Assembly: GCA_964549635.1 (NCBI GenBank)
Contig: CAZJVJ010000002.1
Location: forward strand, 40,567-104,566
DNA length: 64,000 nt
Direction of reading: 5' to 3'
Origin: an uncultured Dehalococcoidales bacterium
GTDB lineage: Bacteria > Chloroflexota > Dehalococcoidia > GIF9 > UBA5629
The notes beneath the pieces were generated by a model that made no database searches, was not told where the DNA came from, and saw only the letters and a program-made list of their open reading frames with translations. The translations under genes and the position numbers were made by a program. Shown here one piece after another: positions 56,157-64,000 of the stretch (position 1 is the stretch's first letter; every line of letters starts with the position of its first letter).

Positions 56157-56942
56157 TTATTTTCCTTTCCAAACTGGTTCTCGCTTCTCAAGAAAAGCGG
56201 CTATACCTTCAGCTACGTCTTCGGCCATAGTGTTGACAGCCAGCATTGAGGCCAGATATTCCAGAGCTTTTTCATATTCCATATCTCGCATGGTGTAGAA
56301 AGCTCTTCTACCAAGCCTCAGAATGGCTGGGCTTTTGTTGACTATTTTCTTGGCGACCTCTTCAACTTTTGCATCTAACTGTTCCCTGGGCACGACATAG
56401 TTCACCAGCCCGAGCTCCTGGGCTTCTTTGGCATCTACTCTTTCACCGGTCAGCATTATTTCTAGAAGCCGTTTGGGGGATGAGGTGAACTTAATCAAGG
56501 TAGCCATGATGATGTAAGGGAACAGTCCCACGTTTATCTCCGGGGTTCCAAAGCGGCAATCGTCAGCCGCGATTACTATGTCACAAGCTGCAGCTAGTCC
56601 AAGGCCACCACCGAGGGCGTGACCATTTATCCGGCCAAGCAGCGGTTTCTTAAGTCCGCGGATCAACTTAAAGAGCTCGGCAAAATTCCTCTGACCTTCG
56701 TAACGGTCAAGAAAAGTTGTTGGGGTGCCCATCGATTCTGCAAAGTCAGCACCGGCGCAGAAAACTTTGCTACCAGCTCCTGTTAGCACAATAACTACTG
56801 TTGACGGGTCCTCGTCATATTGCTTGAAGGCATTCAGCAGTTCAACTAACATTGTTGGGGTTATGGCATTCCTGCGCTCTTCGCGAGACAAGGTGATTGT
56901 AGCTACTTTATCTGTAACGGCGGTTGTTATGGTTTGATACAT
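56157..56942 (-). CDS. enoyl-CoA hydratase/isomerase (crotonase) family
   Basis: 261 aa with 'LTGAGSKVFCAGADF', 'INGHALGGGLGLAAACD' and 'FGTPEINVGLFP'. Confidence 0.85.
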   Translation of the reverse strand: MYQTITTAVTDKVATITLSREERRNAITPTMLVELLNAFKQYDEDPSTVVIVLTGAGSKVFCAGADFAESMGTPTTFLDRYEGQRNFAELFKLIRGLKKPLLGRINGHALGGGLGLAAACDIVIAADDCRFGTPEINVGLFPYIIMATLIKFTSSPKRLLEIMLTGERVDAKEAQELGLVNYVVPREQLDAKVEEVAKKIVNKSPAILRLGRRAFYTMRDMEYEKALEYLASMLAVNTMAEDVAEGIAAFLEKREPVWKGK

Positions 56943-56953
56943 AGGTGACCTCC

Positions 56954-58525
56954 TTATACCGGGTAGACTCCATGCTTTCTCGGATGTCGATATATCTTCT
57001 TATCTTTTGTAAACTCAAGGGCTCGGATTAAGACCCTTCTAGTTTCTCTGGGGTCAATAACGTCATCTACGAAGCCAAGTCTGGCTGTCTTATAGATGTT
57101 AATCTGCGGCCTTATCTCGTCGGCAAGGCGTTCTATCATTTCCTGAGGGTTTTCAGCCTCAGCTATTTGTTTTCTAGCGAAGATAGACACCATGCCTTCA
57201 GGCCCCATAACTGCTATTTCAGCTCCCGGATAGGCGATCAGCAGGTCGGGATCAAAAGATCTGCCACACATAGCGTAATAGCCGGCGCCGTAGGCTTTTC
57301 TGGCAATTAGGGTAAATTTGGGGACGGTAGCTTCAGCTACAGCATGAATCATTTTAGCACCGTGTCTAATTATCCCAGACCTTTCTGCCTTGGACCCTAC
57401 CATAAAGCCAGGAACATCGGCTATGAAGAAAAGTGGAATATTAAAAGCATCGCACAGCCAGATGAAACGAGCAGCTTTGTCAGCAGCATCTATGTCAATA
57501 ACTCCACCGTAGAAGAGAGGGTTGTTGGCAACAAATCCTACTGAATAGCCAGCTATCCTGCCGAATCCGACAATAATATTTCTGCCCCATTTTGGCTTAA
57601 TCTCGAAGAAGTAGCCATCGTCAACTATATATTTTATCAGGTCATGCATATCGTAGGCTTCTCGACGATTGTCCGGTATGACATTTAATATACCATCGGA
57701 GATCAAGGCTTCGGGGTCTCCAGTCCACTCTTTTCTGAGCGGTTTCTGGTCGCAGTTCTGGGGGAAAAAGGAGAGATACTGTTTTATGACTTTAATACAT
57801 TCCTCGTCGTTAGCTACTTCCAGATCACCGCAACCACTTATCTCACAGTGGATCTTAGAGCCGCCCAGTTCGTCTTCAGTTAAAGTTTCCTTGATGACCA
57901 TTTTTACAAGGGATGGTCCCCCGAGTCCCATAAAGCTGGTTCCTTTAACCATGGGTACGAAATCGGAAAGTCCAGGGATATAAGCGGTGCCAGCATAACC
58001 TGGGCCCATCATAGCGCACACAAGGGGAATTACTCCTGACATCAATGATTCTTCCTTAAAAAGGTACCCAGAATCGGCAAACATGGCTACCCGTTCACCA
58101 GAGAGACCTCCACCGCTCACTCTGGCACCACCGGAGTCACTCAGCCATATCATGGGGATTCTCTCCTTAAGGGCGATTTCTCTTATTCTGGTTACTTTAA
58201 TCTCGTTGACTACGCCCATGGAGCCGCCTCTAACAGTGAAGTCATAGGCTGCAACAGCTACATCTCTAAGCCTAATACCATCATTCAGCTTGCCATACCC
58301 GGTAATGCATCCGTCTGCCGGAACAAGTTCAGGCACACCAAACTCGCTACCGAGCATACCAATTTCAACAAATGTTCCCTTTTCAATTAAAAGGTCAATC
58401 CGTTCTCTGGCCGTTAATTTTCCTCTTTCATGATGTTTTTTGACAGCCTCTTCGCCGCCCATCTTCATGATTTCAGCGCGGAGTTCCTGAAGCTTTTTAA
58501 CTTCCTGTTTCATCCATTCACCCAT
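56954..58525 (-). CDS. acyl-CoA carboxylase carboxyltransferase (beta) subunit, specificity unresolved
   Basis: 523 aa with 'GKLTARERIDLLIEKGTFVE', 'DFTVRGGSMG', 'SDSGGARV' and 'ELGGSKIH'. The start overlaps the biotin carboxylase stop by 8 nt. Confidence 0.8.
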   Translation of the reverse strand: MGEWMKQEVKKLQELRAEIMKMGGEEAVKKHHERGKLTARERIDLLIEKGTFVEIGMLGSEFGVPELVPADGCITGYGKLNDGIRLRDVAVAAYDFTVRGGSMGVVNEIKVTRIREIALKERIPMIWLSDSGGARVSGGGLSGERVAMFADSGYLFKEESLMSGVIPLVCAMMGPGYAGTAYIPGLSDFVPMVKGTSFMGLGGPSLVKMVIKETLTEDELGGSKIHCEISGCGDLEVANDEECIKVIKQYLSFFPQNCDQKPLRKEWTGDPEALISDGILNVIPDNRREAYDMHDLIKYIVDDGYFFEIKPKWGRNIIVGFGRIAGYSVGFVANNPLFYGGVIDIDAADKAARFIWLCDAFNIPLFFIADVPGFMVGSKAERSGIIRHGAKMIHAVAEATVPKFTLIARKAYGAGYYAMCGRSFDPDLLIAYPGAEIAVMGPEGMVSIFARKQIAEAENPQEMIERLADEIRPQINIYKTARLGFVDDVIDPRETRRVLIRALEFTKDKKIYRHPRKHGVYPV

Positions 58526-59864
58526 TTTTTGCCTCCAATAACTTTGGTATAAAGTGTGTATCGTAGGTTCCTGATTTGAACATGGCAGAATGAAAGGCTT
58601 TTTTCAGAAATGGGATATTGTTTTTAATGCCAGTTATTTCATAATTTTCCAGAGCTTTAAGCATTCTCTCGATTGCTTTATCCCTATTTTCACCCCAAAC
58701 AATTAGCTTTGCAATCAGAGGGTCGTAAAACTGACTAATAGTATCACCAGCTTTATATCCGGAATCGACTCTTATTCCGTCCCCCACTGGTTCCACATAC
58801 GACAGCAGTTTACCTGGTGATGGATAGAATTTTTCTGAGTCTTCAGCATAAATTCTGGCTTCAATGGCCCAGCCTTTCCATTTTATCTCCTCGTCCTTAA
58901 TAGACAAAGGCTGTCCCGAGGCAATTTCGATTTGTTTTTCAACTAGGTCAAATCCAGTGATCATCTCTGTGATCGGATGTTCTACCTGAAGCCTGGTATT
59001 TATTTCCAGGAAGTAAAAGTTTCGGTTTTTGTCGACCACGAACTCTATCGTGCCGGCATTAGTGTATCCAAGCTCCTGAGCTAGCGTCTTGGCTGCCCGT
59101 CTCAGCCCGGTTCGAAGCTCCGGAGTGGCGAATGGTGATGGTGATTCTTCGATTACCTTTTGATGTCGTCTTTGGACTGAACATTCTCTTTCCGGGAAGG
59201 TAACCACATTGCCACTATGGTCTGCTAATACTTGTATTTCTATGTGATGAGGAGATTCCAGATACTTCTCTATGTAGACTCTTTCATCACCGAAAGCCAA
59301 TCTAGAACGATTTGTGGCTTGCTCAAAAGCTTCAGCTATATCCTCCATTCGCTCTACTTTCTGCATCCCTATTCCACCACCGCCGGCTGATGCCTTGAAG
59401 ATAACAGGGAGAGAGAGTCTTTCTGCCCATTCTTTTGCCTCTTCAGCATTGCGCAATATATTGCTACCAGGCGGTATGGGGATACCCAAACTAGTAGCAA
59501 TTTCTCTGGAGCGTGCCTTATCGCCCATTCTGTGGATGACTTGAGATTTTGGGCCGATAAAAATTATTCCCTCCCTCTCACATCTCTCAGCAAATTCCCA
59601 TCTTTCAGAAAGGAAACCATATCCGGGATGAATAGCCTCTACGTTTAGTTCCTTGGCAATAGCAATAATATTGTCAATGTTAAGGTAACTATCTTTGGGT
59701 CTTGGACCGCCAACATTTACAGCTTTATCCGCTTCTTGGACAAACAGGGCTTGCTCATCAATGTCTGAGTAGATGGCTATGGTTTTAATGCCTAACTTTT
59801 TGGCAGTTCTGATTACACGCCTCGCAATCTCCCCGCGGTTAGCAACGAGTATGGATTTAAGCAT
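58518..59864 (-). CDS. biotin carboxylase (stand-alone, no fused BCCP)
   Basis: 448 aa with 'ILVANRGEIARRVIRT', 'IHPGYGFLSE', 'KASAGGGGIGM' and 'EINTRLQVEHPITE'. Confidence 0.9.
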   Translation of the reverse strand: MLKSILVANRGEIARRVIRTAKKLGIKTIAIYSDIDEQALFVQEADKAVNVGGPRPKDSYLNIDNIIAIAKELNVEAIHPGYGFLSERWEFAERCEREGIIFIGPKSQVIHRMGDKARSREIATSLGIPIPPGSNILRNAEEAKEWAERLSLPVIFKASAGGGGIGMQKVERMEDIAEAFEQATNRSRLAFGDERVYIEKYLESPHHIEIQVLADHSGNVVTFPERECSVQRRHQKVIEESPSPFATPELRTGLRRAAKTLAQELGYTNAGTIEFVVDKNRNFYFLEINTRLQVEHPITEMITGFDLVEKQIEIASGQPLSIKDEEIKWKGWAIEARIYAEDSEKFYPSPGKLLSYVEPVGDGIRVDSGYKAGDTISQFYDPLIAKLIVWGENRDKAIERMLKALENYEITGIKNNIPFLKKAFHSAMFKSGTYDTHFIPKLLEAKNG

Positions 59865-60006
59865 GCTCCAATAACATCCTTAAAAATTAGCTAGTTCCCT
59901 TCAGAGTGTGACCCCGTTTTTGGTAGAGGTTTGAGGGACAATTGCTTGTCAATCCTGCAGCATCATCCAAGCGAAACGGCATTCTGTCGATCTGCTTAGC
60001 CGCTAA

Positions 60007-60035
60007 ACTATACCTTATTTTCTAACTATTGTCAA
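60007..60035 (-). promoter_or_regulatory. candidate promoter for the carboxylase operon (TTGACA-17 nt-TATAGT on the minus strand)
   Basis: The reverse complement of 60030-60035 is TTGACA and of 60007-60012 is TATAGT. This predicts a leader of about 135 nt before ATG 59864. Confidence 0.45.
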
Positions 60036-60158
60036 GCTATTGGGGGCTCATCGGGCTGAAGCTGATATTCTCTGAGATAAAAACGCAAGTGAGATATTAA
60101 ACATTAGTTGCAGGTGTGTTCATATGTTTGGCAATTAGGTTAGACTGTAGATATCCAG

Positions 60159-60187
60159 GTGACACTTGGTTTTAAACACTGTATAAT
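60159..60187 (+). promoter_or_regulatory. candidate promoter for the lipoprotein pair (GTGACA-17 nt-TATAAT)
   Basis: -35 at 60159-60164 and a perfect -10 at 60182-60187. The position argues against the ATG 60191 start. Confidence 0.45.
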
Positions 60188-60229
60188 CAGATGGCAGTGA
60201 AGGCTTTTGTTTTTGTGAAGGAGGATTCA

Positions 60230-60736
60230 TTGAGAAGCAACAAGAAGAATCAATTACTGTTTTTTGGACTTATAGTTTTGCTGGTTGGCCTGTCTACTGC
60301 CTGTGGTAAGCCCACAGGTTATATTACGTATAAGAATGATGCTATGGGATATGCCATAAGTTATCCATACAACTGGCAGCTTGAGGTTTCTGAGGATGGG
60401 ACAAAATGTTTCATAGTATCCCCCATGCGTAGAGCTTCGGTTATGATAGACGTGTCTCCACCTATGGCAGCACGAGATGCTGCCAACCGCTGGATTATGG
60501 CGCTGGGAACGGCGTGGTCTGAAATCACCTTGCTCAAAAATGAACCTGGGCAGGGATTGTGGGATTGGTATCTTTCATATGATTATGAGGGTCAATATGG
60601 TCTTTATCATGGCGAAGCCTATTTCAAAAGAACTGAAAAAAGACTTTATAAGGTGGATACGGCAGCAGACAAGAACGGATATGAACATTATCCTTTTGAT
60701 ACGATAATTTCAACATTCAAGTTGCTGGGGAGATAA
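60230..60736 (+). CDS. small lipoprotein whose N-terminal pattern resembles the transporter-associated C-terminal domain (PsbP-like?)
   Basis: I prefer TTG 60230 (AAGGAGG 5 nt upstream). Signal peptide and lipobox 'LSTAC'. 'YKNDAMGYAISYPYNW' parallels 'YVNADYGFSVRYPIQW' and 'YTNAEFGFSVKYPKEW'. Confidence 0.6.
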   Translation: MRSNKKNQLLFFGLIVLLVGLSTACGKPTGYITYKNDAMGYAISYPYNWQLEVSEDGTKCFIVSPMRRASVMIDVSPPMAARDAANRWIMALGTAWSEITLLKNEPGQGLWDWYLSYDYEGQYGLYHGEAYFKRTEKRLYKVDTAADKNGYEHYPFDTIISTFKLLGR

Positions 60737-61743
60737 TGCAATTTGCTTTTCTACGTGGTGCACTGTCGAAAGATTGGTTCAGATACAAGCGCTCTACTCA
60801 GTGTTTACTACTGGCTTGTTGTATAGCTTTATCGCTGATTCACCCATTCACAGCTTGTCGACCAAAACCGCCAGTTATTATTACGTTCAGTGTAATACCA
60901 AGTGAGATTACTGTAGGTGAGGAAACGACTTTAAAATGGATCGTTGAAGGTGCAACCACTGTGACTATTGACCATAATATAGGCAAGGTTACTGCTACTG
61001 GCTCAGTAAAGCTGCTACCCGATAAAACTATTGCCTATACTTTGACAGCCACAAATGCAGGGGGCACTGTTAGCAAGTCGGTGGTCATCAATGTAGTGGC
61101 TGCACCGTTACCACCTCCTGACACTAAGGCGCCAGTAATTTCGAATGTATCAGCTTCATTTGAGTCAGGGGGAAAAGTGCTTATCACCTGGACAACAGAT
61201 GAGCCTAGTACTGGTCAAGTTGAATATGGAAAATCTGTTGACTATGGCTTCGTATTGTCTACAAGTGAGGCTCTAACTACTACCCACAGCGTGACTTTAA
61301 ATGGGCTTGAGCCTAACACCACTTATCATTACCGGGTGAGGTCCAAGGATGAGACTGGAAATGAAGCTTTGTCAGGAGATTACAGCTTTGTTACCCCGGC
61401 ACCTAAGTCGCCATATGTTTTGGAACTGGAAAAGTTCGAGTGGGGACGGGTTAAAGAAGACATTGACCAGGGATTAGACACAGCATCAGTAAGAACGTAC
61501 CTTTTTGTTAAGGGTTCGGTGAGGAATAACAGCCGGGCTACTTTGAGGGCTTTAATATGCACAATGAATTGCTGGAGCGGTAGTACTCTAGCAAAATATG
61601 CAACGTATGTGCATCATAGCCCCATTTTGCCGGGGCATGTCTTGAATTTCGACATTAGGACTCTTGATGATCCTTCTGTTGACAAAGTGACCATAGAGTT
61701 CGCCGATGCTTTGGGGCAGGAAATCCAAGTTATTAAAAAATAG
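60736..61743 (+). CDS. lipoprotein with Ig-like and fibronectin-III-like (purple-acid-phosphatase N-terminal type) domains
   Basis: Lipobox 'PFTAC'. 'ITWTTDEPSTGQVEYGKS...HSVTLNGLEPNTTYHYRVRS' is an FN3-like signature. TAATG junction with the upstream gene. Confidence 0.6.
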   Translation: MQFAFLRGALSKDWFRYKRSTQCLLLACCIALSLIHPFTACRPKPPVIITFSVIPSEITVGEETTLKWIVEGATTVTIDHNIGKVTATGSVKLLPDKTIAYTLTATNAGGTVSKSVVINVVAAPLPPPDTKAPVISNVSASFESGGKVLITWTTDEPSTGQVEYGKSVDYGFVLSTSEALTTTHSVTLNGLEPNTTYHYRVRSKDETGNEALSGDYSFVTPAPKSPYVLELEKFEWGRVKEDIDQGLDTASVRTYLFVKGSVRNNSRATLRALICTMNCWSGSTLAKYATYVHHSPILPGHVLNFDIRTLDDPSVDKVTIEFADALGQEIQVIKK

Positions 61744-61880
61744 TGAGATACAGCCATCACACTGATAGGCTGATAAAAAGTATTTTGATGCCGTGGAGTA
61801 CTATCAGCATAACGCTTTAGTGACAAACTGCACGTGATTACTGTGTCTTAAATTTTGGGCTGAGATAGAATGACAAAGTG

Positions 61881-61954
61881 TCGGGGTGGGCGGATTTGAA
61901 CCGCCGACCACCTGAACCCCATTCAGGTGCGCTACCAGGCTGCGCTACACCCCG
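61881..61954 (-). tRNA. tRNA-Pro: tRNA-Pro (anticodon GGG), CCA not encoded
   Basis: The reverse complement CGGGGTGTAGCGCAGCCTGGTAGCGCACCTGAATGGGGTTCAGGTGGTCGGCGGTTCAAATCCGCCCACCCCGA folds as a cloverleaf: 7-bp acceptor stem, GCGC D-stem, CCTGA/TCAGG anticodon stem with loop AT-GGG-GT, and GGCGG/CCGCC T-stem. Confidence 0.9.
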
Positions 61955-62057
61955 TGGCTTTGAGATAATCAATATGTTATCATAAGTATCGATTTACTAC
62001 AATTGAGCTTGCACTCACGCCGTGATTAGATAGAGCGTCAAGGAGACTTTGTAGACG

Positions 62058-63323
62058 GTGAGTAAAAAGAGAGTTGAGACAAAAAGGCCACTCACTAAAC
62101 GTCAAATATCCAAGTGGCAGCGTGAACGGCGAATACAGCGTATAGCAATAAGCGTAGGTGTCTTTTTCTTCGTTTCCATAGTGGGGTGGATTGCTTATGG
62201 GTACTACACTGAACAGGTGAAACCTCTGAGACAGCCAGCAGTACGCGTAAATGACGCTGTTTTTGACATGGGCTACTATGTCAAGGTGCTTGACATCCTT
62301 AGCCAGGGGCAGGAGCCTGCGGCAATCACGTCCGCAGCAGATACTGCCATTCGATTTATCGCTCAAGCTGAGCTGATAAGACAAAAGGCGGCTGATTTGG
62401 GTGTTGGTATTACTACAGACGAAGTCAGCAATGAGCTAAATAGTCTTGGATTACCTGATGCCAAGATATACAGAGATATTGTTGCCGCTAGAATCCTAAC
62501 AAGCAAATTAATCAAAGACTATTTTGAACCTAAAGTCCCGGCTGCGTGTGAGCAGGCAAAGGTGTACGCCATGTTCTTGGAAAGCAAAAAGGTAGCTGAG
62601 GAAGCAAGAGAGAGGCTTCAGGCTGGCGACGATTTTGCTTTTTTGGCCGAGAAGGGCTCTAGAGAGGCAATGACCAAGGAGAGGAAAGGCGACTTGGGCT
62701 GGCTCCCGAAAGGTTTCACCGACAAATTGTTTGGAGAACTCGGCAATTCTAAACTTGAAGAGATCGTTTTTAGCCTTGACCCTGGAATGGTTAGTGAACC
62801 AGTATACGATGATTCTGTGACAAAGAAGATAGGTTACTGGGTTCTAAAGGTGGTCGAAAAAGATACAGCCAAAGGATCTCACGTCTTAGGCATGTTGTTG
62901 AGCACTTGGGATGAAGCAGCAGATATAAAAGTCAGGCTGGAAGCTGGTGAGGATTTCAGTGACTTGGCCAAAAAATATTCGCAACACCTAGGCAGCAAGG
63001 AGCAAGGTGGTGATTTAGGCTGGACACGAGGTGGTGAATTTCGCAACAGGCTTATTGCAGCATTTGCCGAGCCGCTAGAGCCTGGTGGCATAAGTAAACC
63101 GGTGACTGATGAATCTGTACAGACCAAGGGTGGTTACTGGCTGGTAAAGGTTGAGCAGAGAGACCCTAACCGGCAGCTAGATGAGAAGTTAAGAGAAGCT
63201 CTAGTATTTAAACTTTTCCAGGACTGGGTTAATGAGCTGTTACAGAATAGTATGTTGGAAAATTATCTCACTGAAGAAGATAAGGCATGGGCAGTATCTC
63301 AAGTGCTGAGAAGCAGGAGATAG
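62058..63323 (+). CDS. membrane-anchored peptidyl-prolyl isomerase with two parvulin (PpiC) domains (PrsA/SurA-like foldase)
   Basis: 421 aa with an N-terminal TM helix and two repeats of 'L.AG.DF..LA...S......GDLGW'. GTG start. Confidence 0.75.
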   Translation: MSKKRVETKRPLTKRQISKWQRERRIQRIAISVGVFFFVSIVGWIAYGYYTEQVKPLRQPAVRVNDAVFDMGYYVKVLDILSQGQEPAAITSAADTAIRFIAQAELIRQKAADLGVGITTDEVSNELNSLGLPDAKIYRDIVAARILTSKLIKDYFEPKVPAACEQAKVYAMFLESKKVAEEARERLQAGDDFAFLAEKGSREAMTKERKGDLGWLPKGFTDKLFGELGNSKLEEIVFSLDPGMVSEPVYDDSVTKKIGYWVLKVVEKDTAKGSHVLGMLLSTWDEAADIKVRLEAGEDFSDLAKKYSQHLGSKEQGGDLGWTRGGEFRNRLIAAFAEPLEPGGISKPVTDESVQTKGGYWLVKVEQRDPNRQLDEKLREALVFKLFQDWVNELLQNSMLENYLTEEDKAWAVSQVLRSRR

Positions 63324-63326
63324 TAC

Positions 63327-64000
63327 ATGGTTAAGGAAAGCATTGGCATAGGCTTAATGGGTTTGGGTGTAATTGGAGGTGGTGTAGCTAAAGTTTTGCT
63401 ATCCAAATCTAATATGTTGGCCAGAGAAGCCGGCAGCCAATTAGTGTTAAGAAAGGTCTTGGAGAAAGATTTAAATAAGCATGGTTCACTTGGAATTGAT
63501 CGTGGTATTTTTACTACTGAGTTTGAGGAGCTGGTTAACCATCCTGAGTTGGATATCGTTGTTGAGCTTATAGGTGGTGAGTATCCCGCTTTACAATTTA
63601 TAAGGGAGGCGTTATCTCGTGGTAAACATGTTGTCACCGCTAACAAGGAGGTTATATCCAAGCATTGGAGCGAGCTTTTGACTATAGCCCGCGAGCATAA
63701 GGTGTCGCTTCGCTTTGAAGCAAGCGTGGGTGGAGGTATACCGTTGATTGCTCCGTTCCAAGAAGACCTGGTGGCTAATGAAATTTCTGCTATCTACGCT
63801 ATCGTTAACGGTACTACTAACTACATTTTGACTCAAATGGCTAAGGAAAGGGTGGACTTTTCAGCGGCCCTGAAAAAGGCCCAGGAGTTAGGCTATGCTG
63901 AGGCTGATCCTTCTAAGGACATAGAGGGAGTCGATGCTGCGTATAAGCTGGCTATTCTGGCAACCATTGCTTTTGGAACCGAGATTAAGCCCGATAGTGT
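63327..64000 (+). CDS. hom: homoserine dehydrogenase, N-terminal part (3' end outside the window)
   Basis: I translated this myself because it is not in the track: 'MVKESIGIGLMGLGVIGGGVAKVL...HVVTANKEVISKHW...FEASVGGGIPLI...NGTTNYILT...GYAEADPSKDIEGVDAAYKLAILA'. The frame is open to the window end. Confidence 0.85.
   Translation, partial: MVKESIGIGLMGLGVIGGGVAKVLLSKSNMLAREAGSQLVLRKVLEKDLNKHGSLGIDRGIFTTEFEELVNHPELDIVVELIGGEYPALQFIREALSRGKHVVTANKEVISKHWSELLTIAREHKVSLRFEASVGGGIPLIAPFQEDLVANEISAIYAIVNGTTNYILTQMAKERVDFSAALKKAQELGYAEADPSKDIEGVDAAYKLAILATIAFGTEIKPDS

Noticed and set aside
61881-61954. tRNA-Pro as an integration site marking the supercluster as a genomic island
   Set aside because: I saw no integrase, no transposase and no direct repeat of the tRNA 3' end in the window, including the 22.5-22.9 kb boundary. 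Gene style (start codons, coupled junctions, lipoprotein tethers) looks the same inside and outside the block. It still deserves a compositional check by computation.
61980-62384. 134-aa minus-strand ORF between the tRNA and the PpiC-type gene
   Set aside because: It overlaps the first 327 nt of the well-supported foldase gene in antisense. It has no RBS and an unremarkable Cys/Ser-rich sequence.

Overview
64-kb chromosomal window from a bacterium. Its gene content and style suggest a monoderm, Chloroflexota/Dehalococcoidia-like organism: a cobamide salvage operon, many GTG/TTG starts, TAATG/ATGA/GTGA coupled gene junctions, and lipoproteins on Pro/Ala-rich tethers. The lineage is inference only. 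(1) Positions 1-22.5 kb hold ordinary housekeeping genes, all on the + strand: cbiB-cobD-cobO-cobT-cobS-cobU, a cupin, alaS-ruvX-aroE-sppA-aroC-aroK/aroB, a CtaB-like UbiA prenyltransferase, an ADP-forming acyl-CoA synthetase alpha-like gene, tgt, aspS, tig, two tandem FmdB zinc-ribbon genes, an extended thiE and a translin-like gene. (2) Positions 22.9-59.9 kb hold a dense acyl-CoA catabolic supercluster of about 37 kb. I saw no transcription factor, ETF or mobile-element gene in it. It contains ADP-forming acyl-CoA synthetase alpha and beta genes in convergent orientation, and an iron-sulfur flavoprotein. One operon carries an HMG-CoA-synthase-like/DUF35 fusion whose three catalytic residues appear substituted, an SCP2-type thiolase, a split MaoC hydratase, two SDRs (one MFE-2-like) and an acyl-CoA dehydrogenase (ACAD) pair. 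There are two Liv-type ABC importers, each with an acyl-CoA synthetase gene tightly linked or coupled to its ATPase genes. One permease has a C-terminal zinc ribbon. A roughly 138-aa domain is fused to one binding protein and free-standing in a lipoprotein of the other system. A minus-strand operon encodes biotin carboxylase, carboxyltransferase, crotonase, a BKACE/DUF849 enzyme, a 77-aa BCCP and three ACADs. That operon resembles Liu/Atu beta-methyl-branch processing without a recognisable HMG-CoA-lyase. (3) Positions 60.2-64 kb hold two coupled lipoprotein genes, tRNA-Pro(GGG), a PrsA/SurA-like double-parvulin foldase and the 5' part of homoserine dehydrogenase. I saw no CRISPR array, rRNA, integrase/transposase or recognisable defence system. 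The most interesting signals are the pseudo-HMGCS/thiolase pair, the catalytic/non-catalytic ACAD classes, the transporter accessory domain, and the carboxylase-BKACE operon. Together they suggest an undescribed branched-chain or isoprenoid acid uptake-and-degradation system. All family calls rest on by-eye motif recognition and need database confirmation.
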